DNA from: the human T2T-CHM13v2.0 reference genome, Homo sapiens
Reading direction: 5' to 3' (one strand)
NCBI RefSeq assembly: GCF_009914755.1
Contig: NC_060948.1
Length of the DNA stretch: 64,000 bases
A program made the translations under genes and the position numbers. The notes beneath the pieces were generated by a model, which had not been told where the DNA came from, ran no database searches, and saw nothing but the letters and a program-made list of their open reading frames with translations. Of the stretch, positions 20,983-40,288 are shown piece by piece (within the stretch, counting starts at the first letter, position 1; each line of letters begins with the position of its first letter).

Positions 20983-23087
20983 AGATCCATATTTTTTAAA
21001 TGAAAAAAAATTTCAAAGGTACTCTGCTTGGTACAATAATCTAATGTATAAACTGAGGAATAAAACATAACCATGAAACCTACTTATAACTGCATATGGA
21101 AAATACAGAGGATAATTTTTTAAATAACATATTTTGAAAGCTTTAACTAGTAATTTGAAGAGTTGGCATTTGAAAGGCCAGTATGAATATACCTTCAAAG
21201 CAGCAACACAGGTTCCCCATGAGAAAAAGCAAACACAGGGAAAATAAAAACACAAAGGTTCAATCTCTTCTGACCTTTGAAAGACACAGCACAGACAGTG
21301 GTCCTTAGGACGAAGAGCAGGAGACCCTTAATTCCGTCACCATGGCGATAGGGCATAAACATTGCTGGGTGAGGGCACAATCCACATTGTGAGGTCCAAC
21401 TGCTGCCAGGAAGACAGGAGTGCTTTTACATAGACCGAAAGGTCATTGAAGGCTCAGAGTTTTGTTTCAAGAACTGAATCCCAAGCCCACACGTTATTAG
21501 GCTGCGCTTCTTAAAACAAGTTATGAGATGGGAAAAAGGGCACCCACAAACATACGTATACATTATGTATATAATAATATACAGTATCATATATATAATA
21601 TATATAACCGATGTATAATATTGTTTTACATCCTGCATCTTATGTTATATATATTGTATAAAATATAATAATTGATAATATATAAGTTTTATATTTATAC
21701 AATATGACATATAGTATATATTATAATTTATGACATATATAATATATGTTATATATCATATATAGAATATATTATACGGTTAATATACGTATTAAATATA
21801 AATTATACATTATATATATTATATATAATATATCTGTTATATATAATACCCATTATGCATAATATATATATTATGTCTATGTTATATATAGTATAAAACA
21901 ACAGATAATAATATATAATTGTATATATAAAATGCGACATATAATATATATTATATTTTATAACAAATGTAATATATATTATATATTATATATAATACGT
22001 TGTATGTATAATACCTATATTAAATATATATTATATGACTATGTTATTAATTACATGTCACATGTGTTATATATTATATATTTTACATAGAATATACCGG
22101 TTACATACAATATATACTATGTTACCTATAATGTATAATTTATTACATGTAAAATAAACAATGCAATATATTATGTATAATTTATAATATACAATATGTG
22201 GAATGTGATATATATAACATATAATATATGATATATGATATACAGTATATGATATATAACATACAATATATGATTCCTAATATATATGGTATACAATATA
22301 TATTTTATGACATGTATTCTATATGTTTTATATTCTGTTATATATAACTATTTGAAATTATATATAACTGTATAATATTTTATGTAAATATGTAATATAA
22401 TATATATAACTATATAATATATTATATATAACTATATATTATGTTATATATACTTTTATAACATAATTTACATAAAATATCATAATATAATATATATTAT
22501 ATTATTTCATATTACATAATATATATTACATATCACCCAATATAAGTAACATACATAATATTATAATATAGATTATATTATGTTATATTAAATATCATAT
22601 ATGTCATGTATCATATATTCTATAATATATATTACACATTATATAATATGTATGTTGTCTATTATGTGATATATATAACTATATATATAATTATATTATT
22701 ATACATATAACTAGATAAACATGTAATTCTACATATTTTCATTTATAATATGTAGAATTATATAATCATATATAATTATTTATATTCTATAAAAAATTTT
22801 ATCATTATATAAATTATAATATATAAAAATTATAATATGTACTACAAATATATATATTATATATCATATATGATATAGTACCTTTGTTATATATCATAAT
22901 ACATATAAATGTGTATTAAGTTATCTATAATTATATAATTTCATATATAAGATGTATAATATGTATCATATATTATATATGTTATGTAATATATATAGTA
23001 TATATAAGATGACACAGGATAAATATTATATACTATGACATATAAAATATATGAGGTTATATGTTACATATAAGGCATAGCACATAA

Positions 23088-23402
<315 letters not shown>

Positions 23403-25505
23403 AGATCCATATTTTTTAAATGAAAAAAAATTTCAAAGGTACTCTGCTTGGTACAATAATCAAATGTATAAACTGAGGAATGAAACATAACCATGAAACC
23501 TACTTATAACTGCATATGGAAAATACAGAGGATAATTTTTTAAATAACATATTTTGAAAGCCTTAACTAGTAATTTGAAGAGTTGGCATTTGAAAGGCCA
23601 GTATGAATATACCTTCAAAGCAGCAACACAGGTTCCCCATGAGAAAAAGCAAACACAGGGAAAATAAAAACACAAAGGTTCAATCTCTTCTGACCTTTGA
23701 AAGACACAGCACAGACAGTGGTCCTTAGGACGAAGAGCAGGAGACCCCTAATTCCGTCACCATGGCGATAGGGCATAAACATTGCTGGGTGAGGGCACAA
23801 TCCACATTGTGAGGTCCAACTGCTGCCAGGAAGACAGGAGTGCTTTTACATAGACCGAAAGGTCATTGAAGGCTCAGAGTTTTGTTTCAAGAACTGAATC
23901 CCAAGCCCACACGTTATTAGGCTGCGCTTCTTAAAACAAGTTATGAGATGGGAAAAAGGGCACCCACAAACATACGTATACATTATGTATATAATAATAT
24001 ACAGTATCATATATATAATATATATAACCTATGTATAATATTGTTTTACATCCTGCATCTTATGTTATATATATTGTATAAAATATAATAATTGATAATA
24101 TATAAGTTTTATATTTATACAATATGACATATAGTATATATTATAATTTATGACATATATAATATATGTTATATGTCATATATAGAATATATTATACGGT
24201 TAATATGCGTATTAAATATAAATTATACATTATATATATTATATATAATATATCTGTTATATATAATACCCATTATGCATAATATATATATTATGTCTAT
24301 GTTATATATAGTATAAAACAACATATAATAATATATAATTGTATATATAAAATGCGACATATAATATATATTATATTTTATAACATATGTAATATATATT
24401 ATATATTATATATAATACGTTGCATGTATAATACCTATATTAAATATATATTATATGACTATGTTATTAATTACATGTCACATGTCTTATATATTATATA
24501 TTTTACATAGAATATACCGCTTACATACAATATATACTGTTACCTATAATGTATAATTTATTACATGTAAAATAAAGAATGCAATATATTATGTATAATT
24601 TATAATATACAATATGTGGAATGTGATATATATAACATATAATATATGATATATGATATACAGTATATGATATATAACATACAATATATGATTCCTAATA
24701 TATATGGTATACAATATATATTTTATGACATGTATTCTATATGTTTTATATTCTGTTATATATAACTATTTGAAATTATATAGAACTGTATAATATTTTA
24801 TGTAAATATGTAATATAATATATATAACTATATAATATATTATAGATAACTATATATTATGTTATATATACTTTTATAACATAATTTACATAAAATATCA
24901 TAATATAATATATATTATATTATTTCATATTACATAATATATATTACATATCACCCAATATAACTAACATACATAATATTATAATATAGATTATATTATG
25001 TTATATTAAATATCATATATATCATGTATCATATATTCTATAATATATATTACACATTATATAATATGTATGTTGTCTACTATGTGATATATATAACTCT
25101 ATATATAATTATATTATTATACATATAACTAGATAAACATGTAATTCTACATATTTTCATTTATAATATGTAGAATTATATAATCATATATAATTATTTA
25201 TATTCTATAAAAAATTTTATCATTCTATAAATTATAATATATAAAAATTATCATATGTACTACAAATATATATATTGTATATCATATATGATATAGTACC
25301 TGTGTTATATATCATAATACATATAAATGTGTATTATGTTATCTATAATTATATAATTTCATATATAAGATGTATAATATGTATCATATATTATATATGT
25401 TATGTAATATATATAGTATATATAAGATGACACAGGATAAATATTATATACTATGACATATAAAATATATGAGGTTATATGTTACATATAAGGCATAGCA
25501 CATAA

Positions 25506-25804
<299 letters not shown>

Positions 25805-27909
25805 AGATCCATATTTTTTAAATGAAAAAAAATTTCAAAGGTACTCTGCTTGGTACAATAATCTAATGTATAAACTGAGGAATAAAACATAACCATGAAA
25901 CCTACTTATAACTGCATATGGAAAATACGGAGGATAATTTTTTAAATAACATATTTTGAAAGCCTTAACTAGTAATTTGAAGAGTTGGCATTTGAAAGGC
26001 CAGTATGAATATACCTTCAAAGCAGCAACACAGGTTCCCCATGAGAAAAAGCAAACACAGGGAAAATAAAAACACAAAGGTTCAATCTCTTCTGACCTTT
26101 GAAAGACACAGCACAGACAGTGGTCCTTAGGACGAAGAGCAGGAGACCCTTAATTCCGTCACCATGGCGATAGGGCATAAACATTGCTGGGTGAGGGCAC
26201 AATCCACATTGTGAGGTCCAACTGCTGCCAGGAAGACAGGAGTGCTTTTACATAGACCGAAAGGTCATTGAAGGCTCAGAGTTTTGTTTCAAGAACTGAA
26301 TCCCAAGCCCACACGTTATTAGGCTGCGCTTCTTAAAACAAGTTATGAGATGGGAAAAAGGGCACCCACAAACATACGTATACATTATGTATATAATAAT
26401 ATACAGTATCATATATATAATATATATAACCGATGTATAATATTGTTTTACATCCTGCATCTTATGTTATATATATTGTATAAAATATAATAATTGATAA
26501 TATATAATTTTTATATTTATACAATATGACATATAGTATATATTATAATTTATGACATATATAATATATGTTATATATCATATATAGAATATATTATACG
26601 GTTAATATACGTATTAAATATAAATTATACATTATATATATTATATATAATATATCTGTTATATATAATACCCATTATGCATAATATATATATTATGTCT
26701 ATGTTATATATAGTATAAAACAACAGATAATAATATATAATTGTATATATAAAATGCGACATATAATATATATTATATTTTATAACAAATGTAATATATA
26801 TTATATATTATATATAATACGTTGTATGTATAATACCTATATTAAATATATATTATATGACTATGTTATTAATTACATGTCACATGTGTTATATATTATA
26901 TATTTTACATAGAATATACCGGTTACATACAATATATACTATGTTACCTATAATGTATAATTTATTACATGTAAAATAAAGAATGCAATATATTATGTAT
27001 AATTTATAATATACAATATGTGGAATGTGATATATATAACATATAATATATGATATATGATATACAGTATATGATATATAACATACAATATATGATTCCT
27101 AATATATATGGTATACAATATATATTTTATGACATGTATTCTATATGTTTTATATTCTGTTATATATAACTATTTGAAATTATATATAACTGTATAATAT
27201 TTTATGTAAATATGTAATATAATATATATAACTATATAATATATTATAGATAACTATATATTATGTTATATATACTTTTATAACATAATTTACATAAAAT
27301 ATCATAATATAATATATATTATATTATTTCATATTACATAATATATATTACATATCACCCAATATAAGTAACATACATAATATTATAATATAGATTATAT
27401 TATGTTATATTAAATATCATATATGTCATGTATCATATATTCTATAATATATATTACACATTATATAATATGTATGTTGTCTATTATGTGATATATATAA
27501 CTATATATATAATTATATTATTATACATATAACTAGATAAACATGTAATTCTACATATTTTCATTTATAATATGTAGAATTATATAATCATATATAATTA
27601 TTTATATTCTATAAAAAATTTTATCATTATATAAATTATAATATATAAAAATTATAATATGTACTACAAATATATATATTATATATCATATATGATATAG
27701 TACCTTTGTTATATATCATAATACATATAAATGTGTATTAAGTTATCTATAATTATATAATTTCATATATAAGATGTATAATATGTATCATATATTATAT
27801 ATGTTATGTAATATATATAGTATATATAAGATGACACAGGATAAATATTATATACTATGACATATAAAATATATGAGGTTATATGTTACATATAAGGCAT
27901 AGCACATAA

Positions 27910-28224
<315 letters not shown>

Positions 28225-30329
28225 AGATCCATATTTTTTAAATGAAAAAAAATTTCAAAGGTACTCTGCTTGGTACAATAATCAAATGTATAAACTGAGG
28301 AATGAAACATCACCATTAAACCTACTTATAACTGCATATGGAAAATACAGAGGATAATTTTTTAAATAACATATTTTGAAAGCCTTAACTAGTAATTTGA
28401 AGAGTTGGCATTTGAAAGGCCAGTATGAATATACCTTCAAAGCAGCAACACAGGTTCCCCATGAGAAAAAGCAAACACAGGGAAAATAAAAACACAAAGG
28501 TTCAATCTCTTCTGACCTTTGAAAGACACAGCACAGACAGTGGTCCTTAGGACGAAGAGCAGGAGACCCCTAATTCCGTCACCATGGCGATAGGGCATAA
28601 ACATTGCTGGGTGAGGGCACAATCCACATTGTGAGGTCCAACTGCTGCCAGGAAGACAGGAGTGCTTTTACATAGACCGAAAGGTCATTGAAGGCTCAGA
28701 GTTTTGTTTCAAGAACTGAATCCCAAGCCCACACGTTATTAGGCTGTGCTTCTTAAAACAAGTTATGAGATGGGAAAAAGGGCACCCACAAACATACGTA
28801 TACATTATGTATATAATAATATACAGTATCATATATATAATATATATAACCTATGTATAATATTGTTTTACATCCTGCATCTTATGTTATATATATTGTA
28901 TAAAATATAATAATTGATAATATATAAGTTTTATATTTATACAATATGACATATAGTATATATTATAATTTATGACATATATAATATATGTTATATGTCA
29001 TATATAGAATATATTATACGGTTAATATGCGTATTAAATATAAATTATACATTATATATATTATATATAATATATCTGTTATATATAATACCCATTATGC
29101 ATAATATATATATTATGTCTATGTTATATATAGTATAAAACAACATATAATAATATATAATTGTATATATAAAATGCGACATATAATATATATTATATTT
29201 TATAACATATGTAATATATATTATATATTATATATAATACGTTGCATGTATAATACCTATATTAAATATATATTATATGACTATGTTATTAATTACATGT
29301 CACATGTCTTATATATTATATATTTTACATAGAATATACCGCTTACATACAATATATACTATGTTACCTATAATGTATAATTTATTACATGTAAAATAAA
29401 GAATGCAATATATTATGTATAATTTATAATATACAATATGTGGAATGTGATATATATAACATATAATATATGATATATGATATACAGTATATGATATATA
29501 ACATACAATATATGATTCCTAATATATATGGTATACAATATATATTTTATGACATGTATTCTATATGTTTTATATTCTGTTATATATAACTATTTGAAAT
29601 TATATAGAACTGTATAATATTTTATGTAAATATGTAATATAATATATATAACTATATAATATATTATAGATAACTATATATTATGTTATATATACTTTTA
29701 TAACATAATTTACATAAAATATCATAATATAATATATATTATATTATTTCATATTACATAATATATATTACATATCACCCAATATAACTAACATACATAA
29801 TATTATAATATAGATTATATTATGTTATATTAAATATCATATATATCATGTATCATATATTCTATAATATATATTACACATTATATAATATGTATGTTGT
29901 CTACTATGTGATATATATAACTCTATATATAATTATATTATTATACATATAACTAGATAAACATGTAATTCTACATATTTTCATTTATAATATGTAGAAT
30001 TATATAATCATATATAATTATTTATATTCTATAAAAAATTTTATCATTCTATAAATTATAATATATAAAAATTATCATATGTACTACAAATATATATATT
30101 GTATATCATATATGATATAGTACCTGTGTTATATATCATAATACATATAAATGTGTATTATGTTATCTATAATTATATAATTTCATATATAAGATGTATA
30201 ATATGTATCATATATTATATATGTTATGTAATATATATAGTATATATAAGATGACACAGGATAAATATTATATACTATGACATATAAAATATATGAGGTT
30301 ATATGTTACATATAAGGCATAGCACATAA

Positions 30330-30644
<315 letters not shown>

Positions 30645-32772
30645 AGATCCATATTTTTTAAATGAAAAAAAATTTCAAAGGTACTCTGCTTGGTACAATA
30701 ATCAAATGTATAAACTGAGGAATAAAACATAACCATGAAACCTACTTATAACGGCATATGGAAAATACAGAGGATAATTTTTTAAATAACATATTTTGAA
30801 AGCCTTAACTAGTAATTTGAAGAGCTGGCATTTGAAAGGCCAGTATGAATATACCTTCAAAGCAGCAACACAGGTTCCCCATGAGAAAAAGCAAACACAG
30901 GGAAAATAAAAACACAAAGGTTCAATCTCTTCTGACCTTTGAAAGACACAGCACAGACAGTGGTCCTTAGGACGAAGAGCAGGAGACCCCTAATTCCGTC
31001 ACCATGGCGATAGGGCATAAACATTGCTGGGTGAGGGCACAATCCACATTGTGAGGTCCAACTGCTGCCAGGAAGACAGGAGTGCTTTTACATAGACCGA
31101 AAGGTCATTGAAGGCTCAGAGTTTTGTTTCAAGAACTGAATCCCAAGCCCACACGTTATTAGGCTGCGCTTCTTAAAACAAGTTATGAGATGGGAAAAAG
31201 GGCACCCACAAACATACGTATACATTATGTATATAATAATATACAGTATCATATATATAATATATATAACCTATGTATAATATTGTTTTACATCCTGCAT
31301 CTTATGTTATATATATTGTATAAAATATAATAATTGATAATATATAAGTTTTATATTTATACAATATGACATATAGTATATATTATAATTTATGACATAT
31401 ATAATATATGTTATATATCATATATAGAATATATTATACGGTTAATATACGTATTAAATATAAATTATACATTATATATATTATATATAATATATCTGTT
31501 ATATATAATACCCATTATGCATAATATATATATTATGTCTATGTTATATATAGTATAAAACAACAGATAATAATATATAATTGTATATATAAAATGCGAC
31601 ATATAATATATATTATATTTTATAACATATGTAAGATATATTATATATTATATATAATACGTTGTATGTATAATACCTATATTAAATATATATTATATGA
31701 CTATGTTATTAATTACATGTCACATGTGTTATATATTATATATTTTACATAGAATATACCGGTTACATACAATATATACTATGTTACCTATAATGTATAA
31801 TTTATTACATGTAAAATAAAGAATGCAATATATTATGTATAATTTATAATATACAATATGTGGAATGTGATATATATAACATATAATATATGATATATGA
31901 TATACAGTATATGATATATAACATACAATATATGATTCCTAATATATATGGTATACAATATATATTTTATGACATGTATTCTATATGTTTTATATTCTGT
32001 TATATATAACTATTTGAAATTATATATAACTGTATAATATTTTATGTAAATATGTAATATAATATATATAACTATATAATATATTATAGATAACTATATA
32101 TTATGTTATATATACTTTTATAACATAATTTACATAAAATATCATAATATAATATATATTATATTATTTCATATTACATAATATATATTACATATCACCC
32201 AATATAACTAACATACATAATATTATAATATAGATTATATTATGTTATATTAAATATCATATATATCATGTATCATATATTCTATAATATATATTACACA
32301 TTATATAATATGTATGTTGTGTACTATGTGATATATATAACTCTATATATAATTATATTATTATACATATAACTAGATAAACATGTAATTCTACATATTT
32401 TCATTTATAATATGTAGAATTATATAATCATATATAATTATTTATATTCTATAAAAAATTTTATCATTCTATAAATTATAATATATAAAAATTATCATAT
32501 GTACTACAAATATATATATTGTATATCATATATGATATAGTACCTTTGTTATATATCATAATACATATAAATGTGTATTATGTTATCTATAATTATATAA
32601 TTTCATATATAAGGTGTATAATATGTATCATATATTATATATGTTATGTAATATATATAGTATATATAAGATGACACAGGATAAATATTATATACTATGA
32701 CATATAAAATATATGAGGTTATATGTTACATATAAGGCATAGCACATAACATGTAATATATATCATATATAA

Positions 32773-33064
32773 TTTTTTTTTAGACAGAATCTTGTCCTGT
32801 TGCACAGGGTGGGGTACAATGGCGCCATCTTTGCTCACTGCAACTTCTGCCTCACGGGTCCAAGCGATTGCCCTCCCTCAGCCTCCCAGGTAGCTGGGAC
32901 TACACCACACTGGGACTACACCAGCTGCCACCATGCCTAGCTAATTTTTTGGATTTTTAGTAGTGACAGCGTTTCACTGTATTGGCCAGGATGGTCTTGA
33001 TCTCTTCACCTTGTGATCCCCTTGCCTTGGCCTCCAAATTTGCTGGGATTACAGGCCTGAGCCA
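32773..33064 (-). mobile_element. Alu relic, U14, long form
   Basis: Same motifs as U2; attgccct variant shared with U8. Confidence 0.93.
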
Positions 33065-35167
33065 AGATCCATATTTTTTAAATGAAAAAAAATTTCAAAG
33101 GTACTCTGCTTGGTACAATAATCAAATGTATAAACTGAGGAATAAAACATAACCATGAAACCTACTTATAACTGCATATGGAAAATACAGAGGATAATTT
33201 TTTAAATAACATATTTTGAAAGCCTTAACTAGTAATTTGAAGAGTTGGCATTTGAAAGGCCAGTATGAATATACCTTCAAAGCAGCAACACAGGTTCCCC
33301 ATGAGAAAAAGCAAACACAGGGAAAATAAAAACACAAAGGTTCAATCTCTTCTGACCTTTGAAAGACACAGCACAGACAGTGGTCCTTAGGACGAAGAGC
33401 AGGAGACCCCTAATTCCGTCACCATGGCGATAGGGCATAAACATTGCTGGGTGAGGGCACAATCCACATTGTGAGGTCCAACTGCTGCCAGGAAGACAGG
33501 AGTGCTTTTACATAGACCGAAAGGTCATTGAAGGCTCAGAGTTTTGTTTCAAGAACTGAATCCCAAGCCCACACGTTATTCGGCTGCGCTTCTCAAAACA
33601 AGTTATGAGATGGGAAAAAGGGCACCCACAAACATACGTATACATTATGTATATAATAATATACAGTATCATATATATAATATATATAACCTATGTATAA
33701 TATTGTTTTACATCCTGCATCTTGTTATATATATTGTATAAAATATAATAATTGATAATATATAAGTTTTATATTTATACAATATGACATATAGTATATA
33801 TTATAATTTATGACATATATAATATATGTTATATATCATATATAGAATATATTATACGGTTAATATACGTATTAAATATAAATTATACATTATATATATT
33901 ATATATAATATATCTGTTATATATAATACCCATTATGCATAATATATATATTATGTCTATGTTATATATAGTATAAAACAACAGATAATAATATATAATT
34001 GTATATATAAAATGCGACATATAATATATATTATATTTTATAACATATGTAATATATATTATATATTATATATAATACGTTGTATGTATAATACCTATAT
34101 TAAATATATATTATATGACAATGTTATTAATTACATGTCACATGTGTTATATATTATATATTTTACATAGAATATACCGGTTACATACAATATATACTAT
34201 GTTACCTATAATGTATAATTTATTACATGTAAAATAAAGAATGCAATATATTATGTATAATTTATAATATACAATATGTGGAATGTGATATATATAACAT
34301 ATAATATATGATATATGATATACAGTATATCATATATAACATACAATATATGATTCCTAATATATATGGTATACAATATATATTTTATGACATGTATTCT
34401 ATATGTTTTATATTCTGTTATATATAACTATTTGAAATTATATATAACTGTATAATATTTTATGTAAATATGTAATATAATATATATAACTATATAATAT
34501 ATTATAGATAACTATATATTATGTTATATATACTTTTATAACATAATTTACATAAAATATCATAATATAATATATATTATATTATTTCATATTACATAAT
34601 ATATATTACATATCACCCAATATAACTAACATACATAATATTATAATATAGATTATATTATGTTATATTAAATATCATATATATCATGTATCATATATTC
34701 TATAATATATATTACACATTATATAATATGTATGTTGTCTACTATGTGATATATATAACTCTATATATAATTATATTATTATACATATAACTAGATAAAC
34801 ATGTAATTCTACATATTTTCATTTATAATATGTAGAATTATATAATCATATATAATTATTTATATTCTATAAAAAATTTTATCATTCTATAAATTATAAT
34901 ATATAAAAATTATCATATGTACTACAAATATATATATTGTATATCATATATGATATAGTATCTTTGTTATATATCATAATACATATAAATGTGTATTATG
35001 TTATCTATAATTATATAATTTCATATATAAGATGTATAATATGTATCATATATTATATATGTTATGTAATATATATAGTATATATAAGATGACACAGGAT
35101 AAATATTATATACTATGACATATAAAATATATGAGGTTATATGTTACATATAAGGCATAGCACATAA

Positions 35168-35466
<299 letters not shown>

Positions 35467-37571
35467 AGATCCATATTTTTTAAATGAAAAAAAATTTCAA
35501 AGGTACTCTGCTTGGTACAATAATCTAATGTATAAACTGAGGAATAAAACATAACCATGAAACCTACTTATAACTGCATATGGAAAATACAGAGGATAAT
35601 TTTTTAAATAACATATTTTGAAAGCCTTAACTAGTAATTTGAAGAGTTGGCATTTGAAAGGCCAGTATGAATATACCTTCAAAGCAGCAACACAGGTTCC
35701 CCATGAGAAAAAGCAAACACAGGGAAAATAAAAACACAAAGGTTCAATCTCTTCTGACCTTTGAAAGACACAGCACAGACAGTGGTCCTTAGGACGAAGA
35801 GCAGGAGACCCTTAATTCCGTCACCATGGCGATAGGGCATAAACATTGCTGGGTGAGGGCACAATCCACATTGTGAGGTCCAACTGCTGCCAGGAAGACA
35901 GGAGTGCTTTTACATAGACCGAAAGGTCATTGAAGGCTCAGAGTTTTGTTTCAAGAACTGAATCCCAAGCCCACACGTTATTAGGCTGCGCTTCTTAAAA
36001 CAAGTTATGAGATGGGAAAAAGGGCACCCACAAACATACGTATACATTATGTATATAATAATATACAGTATCATATATATAATATATATAACCGATGTAT
36101 AATATTGTTTTACATCCTGCATCTTATGTTATATATATTGTATAAAATATAATAATTGATAATATATAATTTTTATATTTATACAATATGACATATAGTA
36201 TATATTATAATTTATGACATATATAATATATGTTATATATCATATATAGAATATATTATACGGTTAATATACGTATTAAATATAAATTATACATTATATA
36301 TATTATATATAATATATCTGTTATATATAATACCCATTATGCATAATATATATATTATGTCTATGTTATATATAGTATAAAACAACAGATAATAATATAT
36401 AATTGTATATATAAAATGCGACATATAATATATATTATATTTTATAACAAATGTAATATATATTATATATTATATATAATACGTTGTATGTATAATACCT
36501 ATATTAAATATATATTATATGACTATGTTATTAATTACATGTCACATGTGTTATATATTATATATTTTACATAGAATATACCGGTTACATACAATATATA
36601 CTATGTTACCTATAATGTATAATTTATTACATGTAAAATAAAGAATGCAATATATTATGTATAATTTATAATATACAATATGTGGAATGTGATATATATA
36701 ACATATAATATATGATATATGATATACAGTATATGATATATAACATACAATATATGATTCCTAATATATATGGTATACAATATATATTTTATGACATGTA
36801 TTCTATATGTTTTATATTCTGTTATATATAACTATTTGAAATTATATATAACTGTATAATATTTTATGTAAATATGTAATATAATATATATAACTATATA
36901 ATATATTATAGATAACTATATATTATGTTATATATACTTTTATAACATAATTTACATAAAATATCATAATATAATATATATTATATTATTTCATATTACA
37001 TAATATATATTACATATCACCCAATATAACTAACATACATAATATTATAATATAGATTATATTATGTTATATTAAATATCATATATATCATGTATCATAT
37101 ATTCTATAATATATATTACACATTATATAATATGTATGTTGTCTACTATGTGATATATATAACTCTATATATAATTATATTATTATACATATAACTAGAT
37201 AAACATGTAATTCTACATATTTTCATTTATAATATGTAGAATTATATAATGATATATAATTATTTATATTCTATAAAAAATTTTATCATTCTATAAATTA
37301 TAATATATAAAAATTATCATATGTACTACAAATATATATATTGTATATCATATATGATATAGTATCTTTGTTATATATCATAATACATATAAATGTGTAT
37401 TATGTTATCTATAATTATATAATTTCATATATAAGATGTATAATATGTATCATATATTATATATGTTATGTAATATATATAGTATATATAAGATGACACA
37501 GGATAAATATTATATACTATGACATATAAAATATATGAGGTTATATGTTACATATAAGGCATAGCACATAA

Positions 37572-37886
<315 letters not shown>

Positions 37887-39989
37887 AGATCCATATTTTT
37901 TAAATGAAAAAAAATTTCAAAGGTACTCTGCTTGGTACAATAATCAAATGTATAAACTGAGGAATAAAACATAACCATGAAACCTACTTATAACTGCATA
38001 TGGAAAATACAGAGGATAATTTTTTAAATAACATATTTTGAAAGCCTTAACTAGTAATTTGAAGAGCTGGCATTTGAAAGGCCAGTATGAATATACCTTC
38101 AAAGCAGCAACACAGGTTCCCCATGAGAAAAAGCAAACACAGGGAAAATAAAAACACAAAGGTTCAATCTCTTCTGACCTTTGAAAGACACAGCACAGAC
38201 AGTGGTCCTTAGGACGAAGAGCAGGAGACCCCTAATTCCGTCACCATGGCGATAGGGCATAAACATTGCTGGGTGAGGGCACAATCCACATTGTGAGGTC
38301 CAACTGCTGCCAGGAAGACAGGAGTGCTTTTACATAGACCGAAAGGTCATTGAAGGCTCAGAGTTTTGTTTCAAGAACTGAATCCCAAGCCCACACGTTA
38401 TTAGGCTGCGCTTCTTAAAACAAGTTATGAGATGGGAAAAAGGGCACCCACAAACATACGTATACATTATGTATATAATAATATACAGTATCATATATAT
38501 AATATATATAACCTATGTATAATATTGTTTTACATCCTGCATCTTGTTATATATATTGTATAAAATATAATAATTGATAATATATAAGTTTTATATTTAT
38601 ACAATATGACATATAGTATATATTATAATTTATGACATATATAATATATGTTATATATCATATATAGAATATATTATACGGTTAATATACGTATTAAATA
38701 TAAATTATACATTATATATATTATATATAATATATCTGTTATATATAATACCCATTATGCATAATATATATATTATGTCTATGTTATATATAGTATAAAA
38801 CAACAGATAATAATATATAATTGTATATATAAAATGCGACATATAATATATATTATATTTTATAACATATGTAATATATATTATATATTATATATAATAC
38901 GTTGTATGTATAATACCTATATTAAATATATATTATATGACAATGTTATTAATTACATGTCACATGTGTTATATATTATATATTTTACATAGAATATACC
39001 GGTTACATACAATATATACTATGTTACCTATAATGTATAATTTATTACATGTAAAATAAAGAATGCAATATATTATGTATAATTTATAATATACAATATG
39101 TGGAATGTGATATATATAACATATAATATATGATATATGATATACAGTATATCATATATAACATACAATATATGATTCCTAATATATATGGTATACAATA
39201 TATATTTTATGACATGTATTCTATATGTTTTATATTCTGTTATATATAACTATTTGAAATTATATATAACTGTATAATATTTTATGTAAATATGTAATAT
39301 AATATATATAACTATATAATATATTATAGATAACTATATATTATGTTATATATACTTTTATAACATAATTTACATAAAATATCATAATATAATATATATT
39401 ATATTATTTCATATTACATAATATATATTACATATCACCCAATATAACTAACATACATAATATTATAATATAGATTATATTATGTTATATTAAATATCAT
39501 ATATATCATGTATCATATATTCTATAATATATATTACACATTATATAATATGTATGTTGTCTACTATGTGATATATATAACTCTATATATAATTATATTA
39601 TTATACATATAACTAGATAAACATGTAATTCTACATATTTTCATTTATAATATGTAGAATTATATAATCATATATAATTATTTATATTCTATAAAAAATT
39701 TTATCATTCTATAAATTATAATATATAAAAATTATCATATGTACTACAAATATATATATTGTATATCATATATGATATTGTATCTTTGTTATATATCATA
39801 ATACATATAAATGTGTATTATGTTATCTATAATTATATAATTTCATATATAAGATGTATAATATGTATCATATATTATATATGTTATGTAATATATATAG
39901 TATATATAAGATGACACAGGATAAATATTATATACTATGACATATAAAATATATGAGGTTATATGTTACATATAAGGCATAGCACATAA

Positions 39990-40288
<299 letters not shown>

